A stretch of 63,675 nt of DNA, counting the filler, from Chiloscyllium plagiosum (taxonomy: Eukaryota), in NCBI RefSeq assembly GCF_004010195.1. It is 4 parts of one record of this genome, joined end to end, with 100 filler letters (N's around TTAATTAATTAA, not from the genome) between each part and the next. Parts side by side here need not be neighbours in the genome. Positions count along the whole stretch, not along the records: positions 35,511 to 60,199 come from NC_057710.1; 3 more parts are not named here. One strand, written 5' to 3'. The notes below the pieces were generated by a model. That model had not been told where the DNA came from, did not search any database, and worked only from the letters and a program-made list of their open reading frames with translations. Position numbers and translations under genes: made by a program. Shown piece by piece: positions 37,230 to 51,644 of this stretch; the first letter of the stretch is position 1, and each line of letters starts with the position of its first letter.

Positions 37230-38630
37230 TGGGCCTCCCAGATATCAAAAACTATCAGTTAAGCTCACTGCTATCTTACATGAATTATTGGGCCCGGGGG
37301 ACCCTTGCTCACTTTGGTTGGACATTGAAGCATCTCAGGCAAGATGCCCTCTTATGAGCCCACTGTTCTAAGGGAAAAAAAGAGAACAATGGATATTGCT
37401 ATAGCCCAATAATCATCAATATTGTCAAAGCTTGTAGGGTAATGCGTAAGGGTGAGGGCAATATTGTCCAAATGTAATTTTTGACACCCGTAGTTGTATG
37501 CCAGGCTTTCAGCCAGTGATGAAGAATTCTGGGTTTAAACTATGGACAGCTAGGGGCATGTCGTGCCTGGGTGATTTATTCGAAGAGGACATAATGATGT
37601 CCTTTGACCACCTGGTTCAGAAATATGAATTGCCTAGTAGGGACCTCTTTCGTTTTATTCAAATTAGAAACTTCATACTTCTAACTGATCCTTATAGATC
37701 CAACATGAAGAAGAGGGTGTTGAGTGATGACGATACATTATTTGTTAGCAATGCTTATCATCTATTGGGAGAGGGTCCCTCGGGCAAGACCAAACAGCTC
37801 TGTAAGGTATGGGAGAGGGAGTTGGACGTTGAGATCTCTTCTGAATGTGAGAGGATATCTGGGAAAATGCAAGAAGGATCTTGATTTGCAACAGGCCTTG
37901 CAATTGAAGATTCTCCACAGGATCATTCTGGCCCCAGACCGCCTCGCTAAATTTAAAGCAGGAGCACCTTCAATGTGTCCTAAATGTAAAGTGAGCACGG
38001 GCACGCTTACTCATTGTCTTTGGTCCTGCCACAGACTCTGGCCATACTGGAGCACTGTGGTAGGCGAAATAGAGATTTCTCAGAGAGGGAGGTGGAGAAG
38101 GACCCATTCTCTCTTCTTCTTGGCCTTATTAATTTATTCCCATTAGATACACACAAAAAAAGGCTTTTTAGTATCCTCATTTTTGGTGCTAGAAAGAACA
38201 TTCTATTAGGATGGGTGTTGTAAAATCCCCTGGGGCTGGCTGGCAGGTGTTAGCTACTCATGGAGTATATCCCCTTGGGCTTTCTTACGCGTATGGTGCG
38301 CCATAAAAACTTAGAATTTCTATAAGACATGGTGGCCCTTTTTGGACTACCTGGGTACGGATTTGTCTAATAGTATTAAGAGCCTTTGTATAATCATGGC
38401 AATTCTATGTAATGAATCTGGTATCCAGAGGGGAGGAACTACAAACATATGAATATGTATAAACTTATGCATTAGATGATCAAGGGCTATTGCTTTGTTT
38501 ACTGAGCTTCATTATGGTTATCATTTTTATTACTATTAGTTAAGACTTTCCTTTTTTAAGCTTAGTCATTAGTTGATATTTATGTAATTAGTAGTTTTTT
38601 TAATATTAGTTTGAATTGTTTTGTATTTGT
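37230..38630 (+). mobile_element. L1/Tx1-type LINE 3' end (degenerate)
   Basis: QLKILHRIILAPDRL..MCPKCKVSTGTLTHCLWSC zinc-knuckle motif typical of the L1-clade ORF2 C-terminus. Confidence 0.8.
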
Positions 38631-39369
38631 CATAGCGGGATGCATTTGCAAGGAGCTACATATATAAAAACACAGGACCCTGTTTTATGAAGGCAACATA
38701 AATTGACACATTATATGATCCCCTTTTGAAAGATGCGCAATGTAAGAGCCAAACTCTGATCACATCACCATGGGAACATCGCAATCAGAATCGACCTGAA
38801 ACAAGAGCAGGAGAGTACAAGAACATGAAAAAAAAACAGATAGGCAACTAAAAACATTGCTGATACTAAGCCAGGAGGAAGATGAAGTGCTGGGTAGTGA
38901 CAACAATCCATGCAAACGGTTGAAAATAGGTTTGCTATACTGGAAGCAAACCCATAGAAAGCAGGACCTAGGGACATAAAGAAGGCATGAGAATTCAGTG
39001 GTGTGGCGAAGCAGCAGGCAACAAGGTGGTCAAAATCCCTTTTACAGAGACAGCATAAGTATCAGCAAGGCAGTTACCCATTCTGCATTTTAATATTCCC
39101 AATGTACAGGAGACCACATTGTGAGCAATAAATAGGAGTTTGATTGGAATGTTACATATAACTCTAAGAGACTAGCATAACTGGCACCCATGACAGTTCC
39201 AATGGCTACATCTTTGACCCGAAAAAGAAAGAGGAATTAAAGGCAAAAAGCTTTTAAGGTGAGGATGAACTCAGCCAGACAAAGGGTAGTAGCATGGGAT
39301 GGGGACAGTTCAGGTTTTTGCCAAGAAAGCAGAGAACCCTCACTTTATTTTGTTTGTGGGGGGGAAAGA

Positions 39370-39396
39370 GAGAGGAGGAGGAGGAGGAGGAGGAGG
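39370..39396 (+). repeat. (GAG)n microsatellite
   Basis: gaggaggaggaggaggaggagg. Confidence 0.9.
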
Positions 39397-42300
39397 CTGT
39401 TCGTCCATGGTGAAGAGGAAGCAGCTAGTGCTGGCAAACCAGATATTTTGAATCCAACAGTCAGATGATTGGTGGAAGTGGAAACAAATAGACAATGGGC
39501 GACAAAATAGAATGAAACTAGGATGAAATAAAAGTTTCTTGGGACAGGAACAGGCTGGAACTATGGGTCCAGTTCAGCAGAAGGTAGAAGCAGACTGCAA
39601 AGAGTTGGGAGATTATGAGATGGGAAACAATTGCGGAGTTGGGAAGAGGAAGAGGGGTTTTGAGAAAGATTGCCACATGAGATGAGGTTAGTGACAGTCA
39701 TGGACATAAACTGATGTTTAATGGGAGAGGTCATGGTATAGTGAGGATATAAGAAATGTCCAAAAGCTTAAACTCAGCCTCTACAAGGTAGAGGTTAGTA
39801 TACCAGACAATAACAGCAATACCCTTGTGGACGGGTTTTATCAGACAGCACGGTGTGCAATAAGGAGAGACACTGAGGTGAGAATGTTGTGGGGAGCAGA
39901 AGAATTAAGGTGAAAGATGTCACATCAACGGCTCTCAATAAACAGGTCGAGTGCAGAGAATAGACCAAAAGAAGGGGTCTAGGTAAAGACAGTGTTGGTA
40001 GCAGATAAAGTAGTCTGTGGAACAGGAAGAGGACTAATGTCCAAAGAACTGGGCACAATGGTAAATACAACAGAAAATGAGTTTGACGCCACTTCTTTCC
40101 TGACATTCATTGAGGTGAAGGTATAACTTTTCAAGTTTGTTTCTGGAATCCAAGTTTTGATGAGTACAAGTTCAGAAGCCTCAACTTCTTGTCTCCTTTT
40201 AGACAACAAGCTGAAATTAACATTGTTTTATTAGAAAGTTAGTTGCCTACTAAATAAACCAGTTATTCATAGTATTCAAATGGATGGCATGATAATTAAA
40301 TTCAGAACCGGAGGCTTATATTTAGAAGACAAGGGTTTGAATCTCAACATGACAGATTGTGAAATTTGAATTCAATAAACAAAATCTAAAAGAAAAAAAA
40401 CTAACCTAATGGTGACTATGCAACCATTGTCAAATTGTTGCTAAAAGCCCATCTGGTTTCCTAATGCTCTTTAGGAAAGGAAATCTGTTATCCTAATCTG
40501 GTCTGACCTACATGACTATAGGCCCATAGACAGTCCTGAAGGGTTAAACACCTAAAACATTGACTTCTCCACCTCCTGATGCTGACTGGCTGTGTTCTTC
40601 CAGCCTCCTGCTTGTCTATCATAGCAACGTGGTTGATTCTTAAACACATCTCTTAAGGCAATTAAGGAGGAGAAATAAATGAGGGCTTAGTCAGCAACAT
40701 CCAGATTCCAAGAATAGAAAAAAGGTATTTAGACTGAAATTGACACCTAGTATGCTACAATTTTAGTTTGTACCTACTGAACAAATACAAGAGCTGGACT
40801 CAATTAAATGGACTTTCAATAGCAAGGCAAACAATAGCTACTATTTTTGATGAATTGTAGCAAATATAGCTGCTGTAAAATTTAAATAATTGGCACACCA
40901 TTAGCCTCTTATTGTGATTGTATTATAACTTTTCAATGATTTACATATTTAAAAGTTTGAAAATTATTCAGCAGATTCAGAAATTAGGAACAATTAGCAC
41001 AATTTAAAGGGTTGAGAGAGGAGCAAAGTGATAAAGTCACAAATCTGACAAACAAATAGTTTGACATGTAGCAAAACTAAGGGAGTCATGTTAAGCCTTA
41101 AAATCCTGTACAACTTTATTTTGCGAATTTATTTTCAAATTATTTTTGCATCAACTTTAACCATTCCATTGCCTCAAATTATACTTACATTACAAATTAT
41201 ATGCAATAATATTAATTTCCTTCCCTTCCTCTTACAGTGTCTTACATCATCTTGAAGTGAATCGTTAATGCCAGGATTTCCCCCAGAGTGCTCCACAATT
41301 GGGACAAGCACTTTTGGTTCTTCACCGAACCAATTTTAGGTCCTTGACAACAATAGCAATAAAACATAGGGGAGTGATATTTACATTATAGTAAATAGTA
41401 TGTATCACATTAAATGACACTTCAATGGACCCTGAATAAGAAGAATAGCTCCTTCTGTGCCTCAGAAGAAACTAGGAACGTCATATAGCTTATTGTGGTA
41501 TGCTGCTCAGCGAAAGAGACATTTTTAGGTAATTCTCCTGGCTCTTAGCAGTTACATGTGTATTGGAAATAATCTAGAAGGAAGTGGTGGGATAGGACAT
41601 TGGTTTCTCAAACTTCCTTGTCTTTTAGTTTCAGTTAGGATTGAGAACTTGCTGTTTATATAAACACAACATGGTCTGAAAGTCTATCTGGCAGTTATAC
41701 CGATTGCTTCCCCTCTGAAGGTATTATTCCTTGCATTATTTAAATTTTTATTTTGCCATTCTTCATGCACATATTGGAGTCTGTCAAACTGATTACCTTT
41801 GCAAAATATCACTCAAACTGTAGTCCATTTGTGACTGATAATATACAGAATATCATTTGGTCAGCAGTCAGAAGTGAAATTCTCGGCTATTTGTCCCTGC
41901 TCAGAGAGATTACTTGTATCAGTTTAGTTATAGGGCAGATACTAAATCTCAAACATTACAATCAACATTGCTTAATAATACAATGGGCAGTAAGATTTTC
42001 TTTTTAAATCACTCTCATCTCCTTTATGACACAGACTCTCCTAATATTCCTCTTAACAGTAGCACCCTCCACCTTTCCTCATTTAGAAATACCTTTTAGT
42101 AACTCCTCTGATGGCATTCATTCTCTTGCAGCTATAAGCATATTTCTTCAGCTATAACTATAGCCAACCATGTATCTGTCACTAACTTGATAAAATATAT
42201 TAATCTTAAAGTTATTCTAAGGTCAATGACAAAGTTAATCCTACCCTCATCCATAATCCATGTGTCAGCAGATATGATGGTGGTTCACTGAAACTTTTCA

Positions 42301-42868
42301 CTCTTATTCAAGTAATTAACTACAATAGGATACAAATAAGCAGTTAGGTAGATTGTTCTTCTGTCAAATTATCAAGATTGCAGTCTTCGATCACCTTAGG
42401 ATATTTCATTGTTAAAGTTGATACATTATTGCAATGGGCAGTGAACTACATTTTCTTAAATCAGCAGTGAGCAGGGTCTGAGGCAGAGATCTACTGGTTC
42501 ATTTGTCTCATGATGATATCAACTGTGGATACAAAGTGAGCTTACTTTTTCCTCAGATTTAACCAGGATGTATTTCCCTTTTTGTAGTCTATGGTGTCAG
42601 CTAAGGAACATATGCATTAACACAATAACTCCTCTATCAAAGAATTTAAATAACATGAAATTCAAATGGAATAATTTGTTCATCACAAAAATGGAAATCA
42701 TATCACAGCATTAAAGAAAGCCACTATACAGCATTATAGAGTGCAACACAAGAGTGACAAGATGTTATTGGACACTATAAATGTCAAATGGTTAATAAAT
42801 CTACTTCCATTCTATTTAAAATATTACTTTCAGGACACATCATGCAAGGTCATTTCTTGACAGAGGTC

Positions 42869-42973
42869 TTAATCAGTCTTTTTGTCTGAAACATCTGTTG
42901 GTCCTTTTGTGGTGATGTCATCTGTAGCTTTATCAATGCAATTCCATTCCCCGTTCATAGCTGTATGTTCAGA
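42869..42973 (-). CDS. C18orf32: C18orf32/UPF0729 last coding exon
   Basis: ttttttctttag|SEHTAMNGEWNCIDKATDDITTKGPTDVSDKKTD*; C-terminus matches recalled human TKGPTEICDKKKD; phase 0 joins exon 2. Confidence 0.9.
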   Translation of the reverse strand, partial: SEHTAMNGEWNCIDKATDDITTKGPTDVSDKKTD

Positions 42974-43381
42974 CTAAAGAAAAAAAAACAATCAGCAACT
43001 GAGAAATTAAAGCAGCACAGTATTATTTTTCCTCTTTCCAGAAAACTTAGTGGTTTTCAGTAAGAAAAGTCAATGTGAAGGATCATGACTCTGCAGATAC
43101 TGTTCTGAAACCACCAAACCACTCAGTTAATTTTGTCCAGACTACCAAAATTGGCTATAATTAAATTACTATAACTTCAACTTTAAATTCTCAATCACCT
43201 TGCTGTTTTCAGTGATGCAAAAGGAAATGTGACATTCAGATTTGCTCGTGGAGCTACATTGTGCAAAGACAGACATATCTGGTGATTGACAACTGAACTA
43301 ACACTGTCCTCAGTCTGCCTCTCAGTAGCCACTGTCTACTTGACTTTGCTCATTAGATTACTTGACTGACAATGAAAAAGG

Positions 43382-43582
43382 AGAAATTGAGGTCTGCAGA
43401 TGCTGGAGATCAGAGCTGAAAATGAGCAGCAGGTCAGGCAGCATCTAGGGTACAGGAGAATCGACGTTTCGGGCATAAGCCCTTCTTCAGGAATGAAGGG
43501 CTTATGCCCGAAACGTCGATTCTCCTGTTCCCTAGATGCTGCCTGACCTGCTGCGCTTTTCCAGCAACACATTTTCAGCTGC
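43382..43582. mobile_element. fold-back family-A element in C18orf32 intron 2
   Basis: Inverted arms; 12-bp TSD caatgaaaaagg (43370-43381, 43583-43594). Confidence 0.85.
43459..43494 (-). ncRNA. minimal hammerhead motif, sense to the host pre-mRNA
   Basis: AUUC-CUGAAGA-A-GGGC(UUAU)GCCC-GAAAC-GUC-GAUU. Confidence 0.6.
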
Positions 43583-45339
43583 CAATGAAAAAGGGGCCAT
43601 CACAATCTAGCTCAATCCCATCAATATTCAGGAGACCATTGACCAGCTCCTGACCAACTAAACAAACAATAATGAACAAGATACCCTGATATGTATCACT
43701 GACTACAAGGAAACTACCCTTGCCAGCACATTAATACGGACTGGTTAGTGAAAACCCGATGCAGATTCACAGCAAAAAAAAATTAAAGTGAAATTGTAGC
43801 CAAAAAAAATGAGTAAAACATACAAGGATAACTAATGTTAAAAATCAGCTATAAAGTGGAAACAATTGAGAAAATCCACAAAGAAAAATAAGTCCAAGAG
43901 AAAGTTGATGAATTCTCCTCTCCTGTGCACATTTCAGCAGCTGGTCACAAAACAGCTGCCTAATTGCCAAGACCTTGCATAGCAAGCGAAAGAAGAGATC
44001 ATAACAGATTAAAAACACAAACTTTTACTGAACTGTGATCAAAGAAAAGAAACCTAAATGAAAATTAACTACTGTTAAAGGCCCCTCACTGTTTCAAACT
44101 CTCTCAATGGACTGTATCCCTGATTGCTAAAACTTTTACAAGACTGTTAACAAGCTGTCTCTTAACAGGTATGGACAGAATTCTCACTGCTCTCGAGGCT
44201 GACTGTGGGTAATGCTGTGGAATCACGAACTTGGGTAATGTGCTCGAAAACAATTAACGCAAGTACAATACAAAAAGATGCAAAATTCATTTTAACCAAA
44301 TAAATACCTGCACAGAGAAACAGGCAGATTGGTAACGTTTGGTTAAGTCAGGATAGCAGGAGAGGAAACTGATACGTCAGGAAGCAGAGAATATAGAAAC
44401 ATATACAGGTACTCTCCTCTTCAGAAATCTACAATGTCACTGGTTGAGTGGCAATCTACAGGTACATCTGGCAGTCTTTAATTAAGCGTCTTCAATTAAA
44501 GAAGAGTTTGAACTCTATCTTGCTCCTAGTTCAGGAAGCATTTCAACCTCCTCAAAACGTGTTCAAAATGATAAAAGTACTGGTACTAAATTGAGAACAA
44601 TATAGTCGATATTAATTGGAAGAGGAGAATTTCAAAATGGTGCCATATGTGTAATATCATAAATGAGGTAACATCTGCGTTGGAATGAACAATGGTGGCT
44701 CAGATCTAGAAGAGTTTAACTTTGTCTGTATATTTCTCCCCTGTACTATAAAAATAACACTATAAACATGGAGAAGTATTTGCTTCCTTTATTAATGCCA
44801 GCTGTTTAATGATTTCATTCAGTGGTCTGTGCAGCACTGTAGATATCTGTGCTAAAACTCTACAGTTAGCAGTTTCTGAGCTTTCATCTCACATGCCTTC
44901 ACTTTCTTACATTTGTTCTTTCTCTCCTGTAACGATCATAACAGAAAAATGAGCATTGGGGAAAAAATCCAAGTTAGCACGACATGATACAAAGCAGGAT
45001 AGTAATGAAGTTGCCAATTTTTAGAATGTAGACAATACCTTTTTGATTGTAACTGAGTTCTGGTCCAAATCAGACATGTCCATTGTAGCCAGTATGATCA
45101 CTCCTGAAAGAAAAGACATCTATACCCCAAATTCGCACCCCAGTTCGCTGAGCCAAATGAAGCAAGATGCCCAATGTGGATCAGCCTGCTCAGAATTAAG
45201 TACTTTTGGTTCAAAGAAAATTGACAAGGTACTGAAGGCAGAACCAGATCTGGTCAAGGTGACCCACCCACACAACCGAACAACTGACAACATTTGGGAA
45301 GTTGTACATCTTTAATAAGGAATCAATATCACTAAAGAT

Positions 45340-45670
45340 CAGGAAGGAAGGAGAGGTTAATGTGCCTTTTTGGTGTGGGGGAGTCAAGAACTAGAGGGCA
45401 TAGGTTTAGGGTAGAGGGGAAAGATATAAAAGAGACTAAGGGGCAACTTTTCCATGCAGAGTGTGGTTTGTACATGGAATGAGCTGCCAGAGGGAGTGGT
45501 GGAGGCTCGTACAATTGCAACATTTAAAAAAGGCATCTGAATGGGTGCATGAATAGGAAGGATTTAGAGGGATACGGGCCAAGTGCTGACAAATGGAACT
45601 TGTTTAGGTTAGGATATCTGGTCGACATGGACGCATTGGACCAAAGGTTCAGTTTCCATGCTGTACATCT
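45340..45670 (+). mobile_element. CR1 LINE 3' end
   Basis: gaactagagggcataggtttagg..ggaatgagctgccagag..gctgtacatct. Confidence 0.85.
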
Positions 45671-45892
45671 TAGAGTATGGAAAAGGGTCAGGATAAGTGG
45701 AATTTACCTATCTCCTTTCCTTAATTTTGGAGAGAATAGCTAGATTGGAAATTTGTCCTTACGCTTGAAAAGTCGAGAAAGCTTTTCGGAATTTCTCTCA
45801 AATATCTGGCTCAGGCAGGTCATAGGAATCATGGACACAAATGTAATTCTTGTGGATTCATGGTTATGGAACCTTCAGCAGTACTGGACGTT

Positions 45893-46484
<592 letters not shown>

Positions 46485-46939
46485 TCAGAACAGGGAGACA
46501 AAAATAGTTATTACAAATGGAACAAAGTTCTGCAGATCAAACGGTAATTTTCTCAACATAACAGTAGATTTGCAGTAATGACCTTAAATTCACATTGGAT
46601 ATCAAGAATGAAACTTATTCCACTCTTTTCACTGAGTTACAAGTCAACACTACAGACACATTTTAGCCCACACTATATTGTCATAGTTTTAAACAAGAAT
46701 CTTAGACTAATACAATAATGCTTTTCACAAAATGTATTTAATAATATACTTAATGGTAACAAATATGCCTGGATCCAGCGAGGTTGTGCTCACGAAGGCA
46801 GCCCAGAACCATCATAGCACCATCCATTTTTTTTTTTAAAAACGTTTATCACCACATCAAATTTCCTACATCATATATAATTTGCCATACCTTTACCCAC
46901 TCACAATATGTATTTTTCTAACCTTCAATGTCCCCTTCA

Positions 46940-47570
46940 CAATTCAACATATTTACTCATATTTCCTTTAAACTTTCCTCATTCACCTCAAACCCATGCC
47001 TCTCATATTTGAGATTTCCACCTAGGAAAGTGACTATCCAGCACATCTTTTGGTAATTTTATATACAGATATCCGATCCCCTCAGCCTTGAATGCTCTAA
47101 CAAAAGCAATCCAAGTTTACCCAATCTCCAATCCAGGCAATATCCTGTTAAACCTTTTCTGCACTCTCTCCAGAAGCATCCACATCCTTCCTATTGTGCG
47201 GTGACCCAAACTGCACACAGTGCTCCAAATGCAGCCTGACAGTTGCAAAATGACTTGCCAACTTTTATAATCAACGTGCTGACTAATAAAGATAAGAATG
47301 CCATATGCTATCATTACCACTTTATCCAGACGCTGCTAATTTCAGAGAGCTATAGACTTGGAGCGCAAGATCCCACTGCATATCAATGATCCCAAGAACC
47401 TGGCTATTTACTTTCCTCTTGCACTTTGGGAGGTCAAATACATCACCTTACTTGTCCAGACTTAATTCCATTAAACTAATCTGTCACTTCTCTGCACAGA
47501 TTTCCACCTGATTTAGATCTGCTGCGTCCTTTGATATGCCCATCCTCACTATCCACAACTCCATTATCTT
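46940..47570 (-). mobile_element. degenerate CR1 3' fragment
   Basis: ERVQKRFNRILPGLE and related segments. Confidence 0.7.
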
Positions 47571-47639
47571 TAAACTTATAGAATTATAATCACTGTTCCC
47601 TAAACTTTGATCACCTGGCCAGGCTCACTCCAGAGTTGG

Positions 47640-48330
47640 ATTTTTGTGTTCATTAATGGGACGAGGGCATTGCTGACTTGTTCAGCATTTATTGCTTACC
47701 CCTTATTGCCCAGACAGCAGTTTAGAGTCAACCACATTGCTATGGGATTGGAGTCATGTGTACATCAGCCAGGTAAGGATGTCAATTTCCTTCCCTAAAA
47801 AAGGACATTAACGAACCAGATAGATGTTTCCAACAATCGACAATGGATTCATGGGACATTAAACTCTAATTCCAGATATTTTTTGAATTCAAATTCTACC
47901 ATCAGGATTCAAAATCACATCCCCAGAACATTGCCTCCCCTAGACAATGTTGGAAGCTGTCATTAATGAAGTCTTAGCAGGGCACATTAGGTGAGTTCAG
48001 GGTAACCTACCAGTTTTTAAAAATTCATTCACAGGATGTGGGCATCACTGGCTAGGCCAGCATTTATTGCTTCCCTATAATTGCCTAGAAGACGGTTAAG
48101 TCAATCGTATTGCTGTGGATCTGCGGTCTCATGTGGCCAGGTAAGGGTGACAGGTTTTTTCCAAAGGACATTAGTGAACCAGCTGAGTTTTACAAATTTG
48201 ACAATGGTTTCATGATCCAATTTTATTGAATTCAAATTCCAACAGACACCATGACAGGAATCCAGGTCCCCAGAACATTCACTGGGTCTCTGGATTAATA
48301 GTCAAGCAATAACATCATTAGGTCATTGAC
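47640..48330 (-). mobile_element. two tandem copies of a SINE-like repeat sharing its 3' tail with the L2-like LINE
   Basis: gatgtgggcatcactggctaggccagcatttattgc tail; related copies at 40270-40710 (+), 49000-49075 and 51170-51320. Confidence 0.6.
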
Positions 48331-48379
48331 ACCTGCAACAGTCAACATAGTCTTGTGGAAGGAAAATCTATTGAAGCTC

Positions 48380-50265
48380 TTTTGAAGAATGCAAGGACTA
48401 TAACAGGTCAGAAGAGCTTGTGCATGAATAAATACATGGACAAAATGTGCCGCCATTACAAGGCTTAGATGTTTCAGGCATGATAGAGAAGGTCATAAAA
48501 AGAATGGCGGATTTGCATTATTATTAAGGAGAATGTCACAGCTTCACTAAGAGAGGGCTTCTTGGAGGATTCATCCAACGAGGCCATATGGTAGCACTCA
48601 ATGAGAAATGTGCAATCACTATGGTGGGGTTATACTTTAGGCTTTCGAATAGCCAGCAGAAATTAGAGAAACAGATATGGAAGCAGATAATTAAAAAAGG
48701 TAAAAACTCCAGAATTGTAGTGATTTTAACTTGCCCAATATTCACTAGGAATCCCTTAGTGACAGGTGTTTAGATGGGACAGAATTTGATAGGTGCATCC
48801 AGGAGAGATTCTTGAAACAATATGTAGATTGCACCATTGAGCTGAAGCCCTGCCCTTCTCCCAACCAAATTTCTGTAATGGCTACCACATCTTAGTCTTT
48901 GTATTTATTCATGCACAAAGCTCATCTGACCTGTTATACTCCTTGCATTCTTACTAAGAACTTCAAAAGATTTCCCTTTCACAAAACTATGTTGACTGTT
49001 GAGGGGTGGCAATGACCTAGTGGTGTTATCACTAGACTATTAATCCAGAGACCTAATGTTCTGGAGATCCAGGTTCCCATTGTGGAAAGATGTAAAAACA
49101 TCAGGGTTGTGGTAATGGGTGATTTTAACTTTCCCAATATTCACTGGTCTGTGGCTTTCCCAAATCTTCCCTTAAGAATACTGTATATGTTTTGATAAGG
49201 TTGCCTCATTCCTCAACCTTAACTTCTCTTGATCAGAGCATGAGCACAGGAGGGGGGGGCTCATTTTGCAGCTGTCTAAGACATTGATTAGGCCACTTTT
49301 GAAATATTGTATGCAATTCCAATCTCCCTCCTATTGGATGTTGCGAACTTGAAAGGGATCAGAAAAGATTTTCAAGGACATTGCCAGTGTTGGAAGGTTT
49401 GAGCTATAGGGGGAGGCTGAAACTGTTTTCCCTAGAGCATCAGAAACTGAGGGGTGACCTTACAGAGGTTTATAATATCATTAGGGGCATGGATAGAAAC
49501 AAGGTACTTTCACTGGAGTGGGGAGTCCAGATCTGGAGGGCATAGGTTTCAGGTGAAAGTGGAAAGATTTAAAAGGGATCTAAGGGACAACTTTCTCATG
49601 TAAATGGTAGGATCTACCAGTGGAAGTGGTGGAGACTGGTGCAATTGCAACATTTAAAAGGCATCTGGATGGGTAATGTTAGGAAGGGTTCAGAGGGACA
49701 TTGGCTAAGTGCTGGCAAATGGGGCTAGATTATTTTAGGATACCTGGTTTGAATGACAAGTTAGACTGAAGGGTCTGTTTCCGTGCTGTATGTCTCTCAG
49801 ACTCTTCAGAAGACAATCTCTCCCATACCTATTATCAGCCTAGTGAACCTTTTCTGGTCTGCCTCTACACCAGTATCTTTCTACAAAGGAGCTCAAAATG
49901 TTCCCCAGATGAGGCTGAGGTTTATAAAATCATGAGGGGCATAGATAGGGTGAATAGCTAAGGTAATTTGCCTAGGGAGAGGAGAGTCCAAAACTAGAGG
50001 GCATAGGTTTAAGGTGAGGGAACAAAGATTTTAAAATGACCTGAAGGGTAGCTTTTTCCATACACGCACCACCATCTCAACAAGCTGCCAAGCTAGGGAA
50101 GGTGGATACAATTACAACATTTAAAAGGCATCTGGATGGGTATATGAATAGAAGGGGTTTAGAGAAATGGGTTAAATGCTGTCAAATGGAACTAGATCAG
50201 ATTGGGATGTTAGGTCAGCAAAGATGAGTTAGACAGTCTGTTTCTGCGCTGTATGGCTCTGACTA
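48380..50265 (+). mobile_element. cluster of CR1 fragments (APE pieces and two 3' ends)
   Basis: MVGLYFRLSNSQQKLEKQI; 3' ends at 49240-49800 and 49910-50265. Confidence 0.75.
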
Positions 50266-50902
50266 AAGATGGTGGGACTAGTGCCTCATGCAGTTTTAGC
50301 AAAAACAGGGTCTGAGATCCTATTTTTGAATTCTATACTTCTAGAAACAAATTCTAGGGCTTTCTTGGTATTTAATTTAGCTAAACTAGAATATTGCTTT
50401 AAATGACTATTTACCTATATTCTAGGTCAATTTGCTCTTCCACACCACTCAGTTTTATTACAGCATTGATAAGATTTCTATACATCTCAAATTAATCCAG
50501 GTTAATTTGCCATTTTACTGCCAAATCTACAAGTTTTCCAATTATTTATTGCATCATGTTGCAGTTTTCTTTAACTATAATGTCATCCTACAAGGATAAA
50601 TTGTCTGCAATTTGTTATTAGGCTAAAATTCCAAGTTCTTTATAGTATGAACTAATAGTAGCCTCTACACTAATCCTCCTGGAACACCACATTCTAACTT
50701 TTATCAAATCTCAATTCCTACACTTCACTAGTTTCCTCCCAACTCCAAATTCCCTAACCCTGATCACCCAACATCCCCAATCTCACTGAAAATCCACACT
50801 AACTCTCCCACTCCCCCAAAAGCCTGGCAACACTCCATTTCTGTAATTGCTAGTTCCTCAACTCATCAAGGTGGGTGGGTACCTACATTCATCTGACTTC
50901 GA

Positions 50903-51092
50903 TGTGGAGACAGTATTGGACTGGGGTGGGCAAAATTAAAAATCACAACACCAGATTATAGTCCAACAGATTTATTTGGATGCACTAGCTTTCACACCGC
51001 TGCTCCTTCATCAGGTGGTTGTCAACTCCAAAAGCTAGTGCTTCCAAATAAATCTGTTGGACTATAACCTGGTGTTGTGTGATTTTTAACTT
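50903..51092. mobile_element. fold-back family-B element in C18orf32 intron 1
   Basis: ttaaaaatcacaacaccag..ctagctttc..ccttcatcaggtg / aaagctagtgc..gtgatttttaac. Confidence 0.8.
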
Positions 51093-51644
51093 CAACATTC
51101 CAATTTAATTGTTCTTGGTGCCTGTGCTTTCAGCTATCAGGGTACTAAAGTCTGAAGGGCAGGCAAGGAGGTAGTGTTATGGCAACAATGTTATTAAATG
51201 AGCAATTCAGAGCCGTAGCGTTATGCTTTGGACCATAGTAACGTGATGAACTCTTAAGGAATTAGGAATGCACAGCAAAAGCTGGCCTAGCCAGCGACGC
51301 CCACAGCCCATTAAAAATAAATATATAAATAATCTTCTATATCCCTCCGGCATCCTACCGTCTTATATGCCGCAGCCTCAAATTCTGCACATGATGCTGT
51401 TAGGGTCTAAAAACGAAAATCATTGTAGTTTGTCCTCTCTGATTCATTCAGTTTAGCAAAGGTGGCCGTCGAAGTGGTAGCAAGCGCTGGGAACTCCTGC
51501 CTTGTTATTTACTTCCTGGGCCTGCGAATAACCTGACACCGCCACGGACTACCCAACAGGTAACGGCCAGTTCCTCACACATTTCACTGAGCACAGAGAG
51601 TTAAAGGTGACCATTTACCGCCCTAGGAGAGAGCGCTCACTCAC

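Noticed and set aside
41235..41345. Possible exon or C/D snoRNA downstream of C18orf32
   Set aside because: Weak acceptor, no recognisable protein, and no properly placed C and D boxes.
44140..44256. Possible H/ACA snoRNA (small hairpins, ends ACAATT)
   Set aside because: Antisense to the host gene; the interior has a direct repeat (gggtaatg) rather than a pairing stem; no convincing H box.
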